The notes beneath the pieces are model-generated. The model saw only the letters and a program-made list of their open reading frames with translations. It had not been told where the DNA came from and did no database searches. Positions 52,738-64,000 of a stretch of 64,000 nt of DNA are shown here, in pieces (the first letter of the stretch is position 1; each line of letters begins with the position of its first letter). The position numbers and the translations under genes are program-made. The stretch is from Octopus sinensis (taxonomy: Eukaryota). The DNA lies in assembly GCF_006345805.1 (NCBI RefSeq), contig NC_042998.1, positions 186,558,001-186,622,000 of the forward strand. The letters run 5' to 3'.

Positions 52738-54035
52738 CAAGGAGCAATGGGTAAACTGTCACCATTTTATATTTTTAATTTCATGCATGCATATTGTTCC
52801 TTTTTGATTTTGTGGACTACACAGTGTAGTAGGATCAGTTGGGTACCGTCTATGAGAAAAACAGCACCATGATGCAATTCACTCTGCCAGAAATTTGGAA
52901 ATGACATACCGTACTACTTAGTATTCGCACTGGAAGCTCCAATACAAATATTTCAGAGTGTTTGGGTGTCAATCTAAGGACAGTGCAGAGGATTCGGAAA
53001 GAGTTGGATGAGTCTAATGGTCATTATGAAGGCAGGGCAGCTTGGAAGACTCATTCTAATCAAGAAAAGAACTCCTGAATTTGTTGGTGAGATCCAGGCC
53101 ATGATTAACAATGATCCCTCCAAGTCAATCAGGTTCATTGCTAGGGACATGGGAGTGTCTGAGCTTCTTATCAGGCAGGTAGTGCATAAAGACATTCAGT
53201 ATTCCTCATACAAGATGAGAAAGGGCCAATTTTTATCCCAAGCCAACAAAGAAAATAGGAAAGACTGTGCTACAAAGCTTTTGAACAAAATCAAGCACCC
53301 ACCCCCCAACCGAACATGCTTTGGTTTTTCTCAGATGAGAAAAGTTTCTGCCAGGATCAGATGGTGAACACACAGAACAACCATTGGCTTGCCATGTCCC
53401 CAAAACATGTACCGAGAGTGATAAAAATCAAACATCCAGTCAACATCATGGTGTTTGGAGTGATCACTAGTGATGGCGATGTTATGCCTCCACTCATCTT
53501 CCCACATGGCCTAACACTTAACATGGAGACCTACATCAAATGCCTGGAGGAGGTAGTGCTGCTCTGGGTCAAGAGGGTGGTTGCTAGAAGACCCTATGTT
53601 TGGTAACAGGACACTGCATCATGCCACACAAGCAGGAGAATCCAGTCATGACTGTCAGACAATTTCTGCAACCACATCACCCCTAACATCTGGCCACCTA
53701 ACTCCCCAGACTGCAACCCCCTTGATTATTCTGTGTGGGGCACAGTTGAGCGAGTGACTAACAAAACTCCTTGTAACACCAAAGATGAACTGAAAGCAAG
53801 GATTATGGTAGCATTCACCACCAACTTAAACAAAGAGACCGCCCAGAGGAGTTGCAGGAGATTTCAAAGTCGTCTGGCGGCCGTGGCTGAAGCCAATGTA
53901 GATTATATTGAAAAAATTTACTCTGTAGTATTTAGAGATATTTTTATGTAATTTTGGTAAATATATCTGTTAAAATGAAATGTCAGTGTTATTTTCATTT
54001 TTGTGCAATTTAGACAATTCATTCACCGCACCCTG
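52738..54035 (+). mobile_element. Near full-length maT (DD37D) element, 1298 bp, with stops and frameshifts
   Basis: TA at 52736-52737 and 54036-54037; imperfect TIRs; WFFSDEKSF and QDTASCH...WPPNSPDCNPLDY with 37 residues between D2 and D3 (counted). Confidence 0.9.
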
Positions 54036-54110
54036 TATGTTCATATGTAGAGAAAGAAATATACACATGTATGTAATATATGTATATATCATGTATATAT
54101 ATATATATAT

Positions 54111-54278
54111 AGGCGCAGGAGTGGCTGTGTGGTAAGTAGCTTGCTTTCCAACCACATGCTTCCAGGTTCAGTCCCAATGCATGGCACCTTGGGCAAGTGT
54201 CTTCTACTATAGCCTCGGGTCGACCAAAGCCTTGTGAGTGGATTTGGTAGATGGAAAGTGAAAGAAGCCCGTCGTGTG

Positions 54279-54309
<31 letters not shown>

Positions 54310-54520
54310 ATGTCTGTATTTGTCCTCCCCGCCAACATCGCTTGACAACTGATGCTGGTGTATCTACATCCTTGTCACTTAGCAGTTCGACAAGAGTGAC
54401 CGATATTACTAGGCTTAGAAAGAATAAGTCCTGGGATCGATTTGCTCGACTAAAGGTGATGCTCCAGCATGGCCGCAGTCAAATGACTGAAACAAATAAA
54501 AGAAAGAAAGTAAAAGAATA
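54111..54520 (+). mobile_element. tRNA-headed SINE, family C (more diverged); partial copies at about 16965-17125 (-) and 17740-17950 (+)
   Basis: Same head, body, internal (TA)n and tail. Confidence 0.8.
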
Positions 54521-55377
54521 TGTATGTCCTGTTTGTTGAAATAACCACCTTGTATTCGTTATCTCATTGGTTATTTGGTTTATCTTATCATGAACCTAAT
54601 TTAGGTATTTATCATACACTTTATTCTAATGTCAGCCTATCTAACCAGTCCTTGTATTCATACGTCAAAACACTCTGTCAGCAGACAGTTAAGCAATCGT
54701 AGCAATAGACAGAATACACTAAACTATATCTGAGTACTTAAACCAGCAGAAAATTTTAATATTTCAAAAAAAATAAATAAATAGAAATAAAATAAAATAA
54801 AATAAAAACCTAGTGTTGAAATTTTACAATATTGCTTATAATATTGCTTTGCTGCAAACAGCATAGAAAGTGAAGGAAACACAACTAAAATGGATTACAA
54901 TTTCAGATGAAATGTCATTTACGTTTAATTCAACTAAATGTGTGTTTTTGTATTTTCCTTCCTTCCAGCCTCCTCAATTTGTAACTAACAGAAAACTAGG
55001 TTTAAAAATGAACTTTAAACAGATGTTTACCGCTACATTTCCTGCTGCTAAAAGTAGAATGTTGGGAACATGTGACCTCATAGATATCAACAAGCATCAA
55101 ATACGCGACATTCATGCAATTATAGCTCAGTGGCTCAAACAGTTTGGTTTGGGGTTTGATCTCACTGAACAGCAGCAATATTGGCAAGTATTTGCTTCCA
55201 TAACTTTGGGTTAAGCCAGTCCTTGCAAGTGAAATTGATAGTTGGAAACTATGGAAGGTTACCAAATGGACTGTTTTTGTTTTGCAGTGGTCATTCAATT
55301 TAGTACTACCATCTGGCCTTTACCTGTCTTTAGTATGGTCCACTTTTGTTGTAAGCACTCAAACAAATCTTTTAGAG

Positions 55378-55583
55378 CAGTGCTTTTCAAACTTTTTGTT
55401 GGAGCAGAACCCCAAGGAAACATTCCACTGGCTCGAGGAACCCCTGTGCAATAATTTAATAGTCTTATGCACACATATCTGCACAGGAGAATTAAAAATT
55501 ACTGCCGATTTTAGCAGTTTTGTAACTTCTTGCGGAACCCCTGGACTGTACTGGCGGAACCCTAAGGTTCCGCGAAACCCTGG
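55378..55583 (+). mobile_element. hAT/Charlie-like MITE, right end missing
   Basis: Begins CAGTGCTTTTCAAACT (Charlie/Buster-type TIR); repeated GGAACCC motifs. Confidence 0.55.
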
Positions 55584-56699
55584 GGTATCATTATGCACTG
55601 CTTTCTATCACAGTAGGCCATAAGTTTTGGTTTCTTCATCCCTTCAATTCCACTGCTGATGGGTGTCGCTGTTTCTCTTCTGTATTAACGATAAAGAAAC
55701 ATTATCGACAAATATCAAAAAGAAAAGACTTTCTTGAACATCATTAAAGGCATTATGAGATTGGAATCCTTGCAGTAGCTAACAATGTGAAAATTAAAGT
55801 AGCTGGATTATAATAATACTATCGTGTGGTAGTTGTGAGTGTCATACAAGCAGTCATCATCATCATCATCATCATAGTTGTTTAATGTCCGCTTTCCATG
55901 CTAGCATGGGTTGGACGGTTCGACTGGGGTCTGGGAAGCCAGGAGGCTGCACCAGGCTCCAGTCTGATCTGGCAGTGTTTCTACAGCTGGATGCCCTTCC
56001 TAACGCCAACCACTCCATGAGTGTAGTGGGTGATTTTTAGGTACCACCAGCACAGGTACCAGGCAAGGCTGGCAACGGCCATGATCGGTTGGTGCTTTTT
56101 ATGTGCCACCAGCACGGAAGCCAGTCTGGGTGGCGCTGGCAACGGCCACGTTCGGATGGTTCTCTTACGTGCCACCGGCACTGGTATCACAACTACAATT
56201 TCCATTGATATTGATCAATTTCGATTTCGATTTCCCTTGCTTCAACAGGTCTTCACAAGCAGAGTTTTGTGTCCCAAGAAGTAAAGGTATGCATAAGTGG
56301 ACTGGCTACATCCCAGGTAGAGGCCACGGGTTATGGTCTCACTTGTCCTGCCAGGTCTTCTCACACACAGTGTCATTCATTTTCAATTTTCTGCAAAAGC
56401 ATGTCTGGCCATGAGGAAATATACTGTGCTTGGAAGCAGCTAAGGGTTGGTGACAGGAAGGGCATTTGACTATAGAAAATCTGCCCCAATATACTTCATC
56501 TGATCCATGCAAGCATGGAAAAGTGGGCACTAAAATGATGATGAAGTTGCCAGTCATTACTGTGCTGATACCTTTGGGGAAAGTCATGATAGCTACTACC
56601 TCTCATATTATTTATTACTCGTAGTCACTGACTAAATTCACAAATTATTACAATTATATAAAAGCTATGCAGAAGATATTTCTGAATGAGGCATCAGAT

Positions 56700-57240
56700 G
56701 AAGTGTGCAAGAGAGAAGACTGCACTGGTACAGTCATGTAATGTGTATGAATAATGACAGTTGCATCAAGATGTGCCAATCTCTAATTGCGGAGGGAACA
56801 TGTGGCAGAAGTAGACCCAAAAAGATGTGGCACAAAATGGTGAGAAAGGATCTTCAGACGTTGGGCCTCACAGAAGGGATAACAGAGAACTGAGATTCCT
56901 GGAGATTTGCTGTGCCTGAGAAGATATGTCAAGCTAAGTAAAATCAAGGTTGTCCTTGAATATAGGCATGTACTTGGCATCCCTCTCCAGATGAGTGTTC
57001 CTTATCTTGTGGGCTCGTGACTGCTGGTACCACATAAAAAGAACCCATACAAGTACCATGTAAACCCATTTGTGCTGGTGCTGCATAAAATCACCCAGTA
57101 CACTCTGTGAAGTGATTGATGCTAGGAAGGGCATCTAGCCATAGAAACTATGCCAAGACAGCCAACTGGAATCTGGGCAGCTCCTGTCAAACCATCTAAC
57201 CCATGCCATCATGGAAAATGAATGTTAAATGATGCTGCTG
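56700..57240 (+). mobile_element. Older RTE 3' end (ORF end plus UTR)
   Basis: ERRLHWYSHVMCM...EGTCGRSRPKKMW followed by a degenerate family B UTR. Confidence 0.75.
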
Positions 57241-57600
57241 TTGCTGTTGGGTGAACGGTCTTTGTCCCAGAGCTCGCAAGATGGGAGAAGTCCGAAACGT
57301 GGTCCTTTGCTATTCGTAAGACCTGCAGAAGAGAAAGCAGGTCAACCCTCGACGGATGAATGAATGTGCAGCCAGGCTCAGCGGTTGCGTAGGAAGTCGG
57401 GGACAAGAAACAGGAAGAAAGAGTGAGAGAAAGATGGGGCGAAAGAGTACAACAGGGGTCGCACCCCCCCCCCCCCCTGCCGGAGCCCTGTGGAGCTTTA
57501 GGTGTTTTCACTCAATAAACACACACAACGCCCGGTCTGGGAATCGAAACCGTCATCCTCCAACCGCGAGTTCGCTGTCCTAACCATTGGGCCATTGACC
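57241..57600 (-). mobile_element. tRNA-headed SINE, family D (CpG-rich), inserted in the tail of an older RTE
   Basis: Minus head TGGCCCAATGG (A box)...GGTTTCGATTCC (B box); CAA/CAG tail; TGCTGCTG on both flanks (57233-57240, 57609-57616). Confidence 0.7.
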
Positions 57601-58781
57601 CTTCACTTTGCTGCTGCTGATGATGATGATGATGAAGGCCTTGAATAATCCAACCTGTTTAGGGTTTTAACATTATTACAATGCCCATTGATGAGGTACT
57701 TTCAACTCTCTCAAAAGACCCATCCAGAGTTATCCAAATATTATAGGCTTCCAGGCTGACAACACACAGTGTACCAGGGCCGAGCCTCTTATAGCTACTT
57801 ATAGAAAACAAGTTATTATTGCTTACATAGAGTAACAATAGGCCTCTTACAAAGAGGAACACTGATATCTGTGGAGATTTTTGATAAACAAAATATTCTT
57901 TTCATAAACAAAGACATTGTTTGTTGTTATTACTATGAACAACAAAAACATTAAGTGAGTTTGAATATCATTACTCCTGGATTGGTGTGATTGTTCCAAT
58001 AGTCAAAATGCTAAGTGGTGCTTGTGCTGCTGTTGTTGTTTGTTCATTGTGGTTAGCTGCTGGTCAAGCTACTGTCTTCTACTGACTCTCATTTGCCAGC
58101 TGTTCATTGCTTTTGTGTTGCCAGTTTGGGTCAACTGATGTCCATCATCTGTTCCGCTTGTCTTTTTTGCTGTTTCCTTATAGTAGCTAAAGTGCGCTGA
58201 ATATATAGTGATGGTTAGGCTCAGAGAGATGAGTACAAGAGATGAAATTTGTTGTTGGCGTCAGTTCCATGTGAAGCCTTGGTTGGTCAGATATTCTGGA
58301 TGATGTGGATAATAGTCTTGAGAAATTCAACGTTGGATATACACCCAGAACCACACTAATAGCTTAGGAATGAAATTCAGGATTTCTTGGTTTTCTGTGA
58401 ATTGATTTTGATAAAATTTTTCTCAACTGGTTTGCACACTATGGCAACACCATTGTAATGTTTTCAGTATTCTGTGTAACATCCTTTCTTTTTTATTTCA
58501 GATTTTGGGTGAACCATGCTAATAATTTTTGAATGAAAATAGCCCAGAAAATGAATGGCAATGATACATATTAAGCATGCATTGAGTATATATTTAACAG
58601 AAAACCATGATAATATAACATTTATTGACATAATGAATTAGTTACCCACATGAGTGCCAAGGAAGAAACGATCTGATTGTGGGACCTCGAAGACTGTGAC
58701 AGCTTGGAATTTAAGGAATATTGGCCGCAACTTATGTGGGAAACCTGGACAAACAAGCAAAGCCATTTTTGCTGCCTCTTA

Positions 58782-59274
58782 CAAGTAAATCCTCGAGTAT
58801 GATCTGCATTTTTTCCCCAAAATTTAAAGTTCAAAATCCCTAGTGTGTACTATATACGAAGTTAAAAGTGAAAAATATTTTCTAATCAATGTTTATTCAG
58901 ACGCATTTTGTGATGTTGGGCGTGAAAATACCTTAAGCTGAACCTGAAAGCAATGAAGTCATAAAAGAATCATCCATAACTTGCAGTAAGCAACATTTTT
59001 AAAATAAAAGTATTCAAAACATAGAATAACATGTAACAAAAACAATTTGCAAACATATTTACATTCCCATATAGCAGTTAAGAACATCACCATTATTGTA
59101 TTACGCATGTGTGGAAGTGCTTGTTTGACTAGGTGCTGCTGGCTTAATTACGCACGACTCAAGTTAGGGAAGGGGTGCGTATTATACACAAGGTTTAGGT
59201 TTTTCAGAGGTACAGCCCCCTAAAAATCCCCTGCGTATTATAGTCAAGGGCGGACTATACTCGAGGATTTATGG
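58782..59274. mobile_element. pogo/Tigger-like MITE
   Basis: TIR core TAAATCCTCGAGTAT / ATACTCGAGGATTTA, flanked by TA (58780-58781, 59275-59276). Confidence 0.75.
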
Positions 59275-59379
59275 TATAATTTTTTAAAAACTTTCTCAAA
59301 AAGAGAAACTAGAAATATAGACTAAAGAACACATGGTGCCCTGGGCGTCTACCCGAGTTGTCGGTACCTTGAGCTGTCA

Positions 59380-59612
59380 AAGGCGGCGAGCTGGCAGAAA
59401 CGTTAGCATGCCGGGCAAAATGCTCAGCAGTATTTCGTCTGTCATTACGTTCTGAGTTCAAATTCCGCTGAGGTCGACTTTGCCTTTCATCCTTTCGGGG
59501 TCGATTAAATAAGTACCAGTTACGCACTGGGGTCAATATAATCGACTTAATCCGTTTGTCTGTCCTTGTTTGTCCCTTCTGTGTTTAGCCCCTTGTGGAT
59601 AGTAAAGAAATA
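59380..59612 (+). mobile_element. SINE family A with 17-bp TSD
   Basis: GGTACCTTGAG(C/G)TGTCA at 59363-59379 and 59613-59629. Confidence 0.9.
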
Positions 59613-59689
59613 GGTACCTTGAGGTGTCATCCCTGGAAACATGTTTTAATCAACTATTTTATTTTGGTTTCAAATCTTGGCACAAAACA

Positions 59690-60210
59690 CAGGAAGGGGT
59701 AAGTCAATTACATCCACCCCAGGGCTCAAATGGAACTCATTTTACCGACTCCGAAAAGATGAAAGGCAAAGTCAACCTCGGCGGCATTTGGACTCAAAAT
59801 GTAGAACATGGACGAAATACCTATTTCTTTACAACCCACAAGAGGACAAACGGATTAAGTCGATTATATCGATCCCAGTGCGTAACTGGTACTTAATTTA
59901 TCGACCCCGAAAGGATGAAAGGCAAAGTCGACCTCGGCGGAATTTGAACTCAGAACGTAGCGGCAGACGAAATACCTATTTCTTTATTACCCACAAGGGG
60001 CTAAACACAGAGGGGACAAACGAGGACAGACATAGGTATTAAGTCGATTACATCGACCCCAGTGCGTAACTGGTACTTATTTAATCGACCCCGAAAGGAT
60101 GAAAGGCAAAATCGGCCTCGGCGGAATTTGAACACAGAACGTAGCGGCAGACGAAATACCGTTAAGCATTTAGCCCGACGTGCTAATGATTCTGCCAGCA
60201 CGCTGCCTCA
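59690..60210 (-). mobile_element. SINE family A head-to-tail trimer (one head, three bodies)
   Basis: Three copies of the GGATGAAAGGCAAAGTCGACCTCGGCGG core; junctions at 59820/59821 and 59975/59976. Confidence 0.85.
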
Positions 60211-60789
60211 ATCAACTAGTTTATAGAATCAAGAATTTGGATCTAAATGAATGAGAAAGAGGTCACAAAAACGCCCAACCTATGTTGTTAGTTGGTTTAT
60301 CTGTTTTACTTTCATTTTTGTTTTTTCATATTGAATGTTTACTTCATTGCAAAAAGATAAAAGCGACAATATAAACGAGTAAGAAAAATAAAATTTCAGG
60401 GGTATTGCTATAGTTTTATTTATTTATTCATTTCTGTGGCTATTTATTTTAATAAAGAAAATAATAACAATCGTGACATCAAAAACTAACTCTCGGTAAT
60501 AGACATCTTGTGTGAAAACGTCCCACTTTGCACTTTGGAATGAATCATTGTCAAACAAGGTGCAGCAAAAATGTTTTGTAAAACGAAAACAATAAACCAA
60601 TCAAAAGAGGTGAAAACGGCGAGTAAAGAACGAAAAACAAAACAGACTTGTTATTAATCAGAGATGTTTATGTCATAACAAATTTAGCAACTTATACACA
60701 CACACACATACATACATATATATAAACTTAAATAAACTTAGATATGTTTCGACCAAAGATTGGTTCAGGCCATGTCTAACTTAATAGCA

Positions 60790-61212
<423 letters not shown>

Positions 61213-62204
61213 AGTGCCAACACACGAAACTCTCGGACCTTGAGTCATGTTGTTACTTGTGCTAAATGTTAATAAAAATATACATATACTCATATTTTGA
61301 GTATATATATATATATGCACCAACATATATATAGATATAAGTTTGAAGTATTACCTTATCAATACATACGTACACACGCACACACGTATGTATGTACGTA
61401 TGTACGTGCGTGTGTATTGATAAGGTGGTTGTTAAAAGTTTTTTCAGTGTCAACAACATATAAACAGTTCCCTACAACGACGTATCTCTCTCTCTGTCAC
61501 TATAACTTCCTCCACGCACGCACGCTCGCTCGCACGTACACAGGACACCTCTCACACACAAGGAAGTATGCAGATTCGTAACAAAATAAATATAAGAGAG
61601 TGGTCACTATATGGCTCACTCTAGCACCAGTTAATCCAAAAAGATTCGTAACAAGACATACACGAAGAGTAGCAGCAACATGTGGGTGCTACCCAGTATT
61701 CCGTGATGATAATAAAGCTCACAGAATAAAGGTCATTTGACTATATATGGTAAAATGCCGTACGATTTTTTTAAGCTGACTCACTAAAGGCAAGAGGAGA
61801 TAGCCGAGGTAGCGTGAAATTCCAGCTTATCAGCTGGCTTTTTGGGAACCTAACTGACTAAATATATAGCTGGCAGGCAGGCTGGCTGGCAAAGGTGTGG
61901 TGGACACAATGATGTAATTAGTGTGACCACTGGCTTTCGATGACACATGGCTTGCAACACCGTTCTTCTTCCTTTCCCGTTGTATATCCTTCTTCCGTAG
62001 GTTCATTTATTAATGTCATAGACAGACTGCAAGCTCGTTGTTTGGAGGTGCGAGGTCGACTTTGCCTTTCATCCTTTCGGGGGTCGATTAGATAAGTACC
62101 AGTTACGCACTGGAGTCGATGTGATCGACTTAATACCTATGTCTGTCCTTGTTTGTCCCCCTCTATGTTTAGCCCCTTGTGGGTAGTAAAGAACTAGGAT
62201 TGTA

Positions 62205-62562
62205 AACATACAAATACATACATACATACACACACATATACATACACATACATATATACAAATACATACATACATACATACATACATACATACATACATA
62301 CATGCATACATGCATACATACATACATACATACATACATACATAGATACATACATACATACATACATACATACATACATGCATGCATGCATGCATACATA
62401 CATACATACATACATACATACATACATACATACATACATTCATACATACATACATACATACATACATACATACATACATGCATGCATGCATGCATACATA
62501 CATACATACATACATACATACATACATACATACATACATACATACATACATACATACATACA

Positions 62563-62593
<31 letters not shown>

Positions 62594-62600
62594 GCATATA
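62205..62600. repeat. (CATA)n microsatellite with a duplicated CATG variant block
   Basis: Read directly. Confidence 0.95.
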
Positions 62601-62888
62601 TAAGATGTGTATTACTTATGCACTGCACTGTAAATCGAGACTAAAATTGTATGTTCATAAAACATATGTCTCACATTATGTTTCAAACTTTTAAAAAATG
62701 TAGATTATTAAATATAACAACTTCACTTGTAGATCATAATTAATTGATCAGTTAACTTAACTAACCATTTTGTCATCTAATGTAATTACATGCAAATTAG
62801 GCGGACCAGTTTAGCTGTGTCCAAATCGTATGTATTTTAAATTGTTATAAGCTAGGAGCTTCAGTTGGACAATAAATGTGTATTCTTT

Positions 62889-63121
62889 AAGGCGGCGAGC
62901 TGGCAGAAACGTTAGCACACCGGGCGAAATACGTAGCCGTAATTCGTCTGCCGTTACTTTCTGAGTTCAAATTCCGCCGAGGTCGACTTTGCCTTTCATC
63001 CTTTCGGGGTCGATTAAATAAGTACCAGTTACGCACTGGGGTCGATATAATCGACTTAATCCGTTTGTCTGTCCTTGTTTGTCCCCTCTGTGTATAGCCC
63101 CTTATGGGCAGTAAAAAAATG
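62889..63121 (+). mobile_element. SINE family A with 18-bp TSD; partial copy at 62051-62197; older subfamily copies at about 40440-40590(-), 40900-41050(-), 42914-43135(+)
   Basis: AATAAATGTGTA(T/A)TCTTT at 62871-62888 and 63122-63139. Confidence 0.9.
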
Positions 63122-63292
63122 AATAAATGTGTAATCTTTGTTTTGATAAACGAAGAAGACTACAAACTGGTCAATGAAATTGTTCATACATTTTCTGTTC
63201 ACGGAGAGATTTAAAAAAAACAAACTATAGTGTTAAGAAACAACTTTGTTTACTTATCCAAAATGATATGTGCTTTATTAACATACCATTAA

Positions 63293-63431
63293 AGTTCCGG
63301 TTATCAACTAATTATGTGTGTATGTGTGTATGAGGGAGAGAGAGATAGTCTAATGTAAATATTACATCAAATTTGTCATCTCTTATTTATATATATTTCA
63401 TAATATGACCACTTGGTTGTTCAGCGGAACT
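63293..63431. mobile_element. Small TTAA-flanked MITE, Kolobok-like termini
   Basis: TTAA|AGTTCCG ... CGGAACT|TTAA; AG terminus plus TTAA TSD is the Kolobok pattern. Confidence 0.45.
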
Positions 63432-63908
63432 TTAATCCTACGCGGACACAATAGTTTTAATAGCATATCAGAGACGACATGCGATAAGGAGAGTTTTAAT
63501 AAACATGAATAATAGTTATCTCGACTTGTAACAAGTACTTCGAGTTATAACAGAGATATAATTCTAAAATAGAGGTGACACTTGAGATATGATTTAGCCA
63601 GTGGGCACACAAGCAACCACATGCCGCTTCACTTTGCAACCTATTTCAATCTCGCCTGTTCGCATATTTTAACTACCCCGTGTATTTTAATTAATGTGCA
63701 GACGATGGGGCAAGATATGAAAATCCGGAAGTGAAATCTCAAAAAAACTTGTTACAGACTTTAAGACTCCTAGTTCTTGTGATTCCAAACCAACACAAAA
63801 AAATTGCATTGGTATACGTTGTAGCAATAACGGTAGTAGTGAGGGTTAGAGCAATATCGTACTGTTTATTATCATATATTTCTGACATTCCATGTCAAAA
63901 CTACTTAC

Positions 63909-64000
63909 CTTTTCAAAATCTTAACAATACTAATTAGTATTATAACAACTGTTGTTGCAATCACTAAGGATACAAGCTCTGGAGAAAACGTCTACAGCGC
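63909..64000 (-). other. Candidate non-coding exon ending in a consensus donor, possibly myosin exon 1
   Basis: AAG|GTAAGT at 63909/63908. All three minus frames of the visible part contain stops. The region retains CpG and has an ETS motif CCGGAAGTG at 63725-63733. Confidence 0.45.

Noticed and set aside
57270-57360. HDV-like or hammerhead-like ribozyme in SINE D (GACCTGC/GCAGGTC hairpin followed by CGAA; GAAACGTGGTC on the other strand)
   Set aside because: I could not build P1/P2/P3, and there is no CTGANGA core.
57990-58480. Coding-like minus-strand stretch (possible integrase tail)
   Set aside because: Multiple stops and no diagnostic motif.
61800-61820. AGCTTATCAG resembling the start of miR-21
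   Set aside because: Only about 10 nt, no pre-miRNA-length hairpin, and miR-21 is a vertebrate family.
63731-63937. 68-aa hydrophobic ORF near the window end
   Set aside because: GTG start and short; it overlaps the better-supported minus-strand donor.

Overview
AT-rich animal genomic DNA dominated by repeats. The repeat types (tRNA-headed SINEs, RTE LINEs, Penelope-like elements, mariner/maT, long TA/CATA microsatellites) suggest a coleoid cephalopod such as Octopus; this is inference. The only secure host gene feature is the ATG-containing exon of a non-muscle myosin II heavy chain (zipper/MYH9-10-like) on the minus strand (CDS 29418-29059). I found no further myosin coding exon in the 29 kb downstream. 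A perfect minus-strand splice donor at 63909, in a CpG-retaining region, may end its non-coding first exon about 34 kb upstream. The rest is transposon debris: full-length but dead DD34D mariner and DD37D maT elements, an hAT (SPIN/GTF2IRD2-like) fossil, RTE and CR1/L2 LINE fossils, two Penelope-like elements with inverted arms, a non-autonomous Helitron, piggyBac-, pogo- and Kolobok-like MITEs, and several SINE families. No prokaryote-type system or CRISPR array is present. The most interesting signals are a modular H-type pseudoknot motif in the RTE 3' UTR, a Penelope terminal repeat carrying a tRNA-Ser-like head plus a hammerhead-like motif, a PHD finger inside the RTE reverse transcriptase region, a SINE trimer with identical near-palindromic junctions, and a TSD-dated mariner-in-SINE nesting. 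Everything was read by eye and no searches were run.
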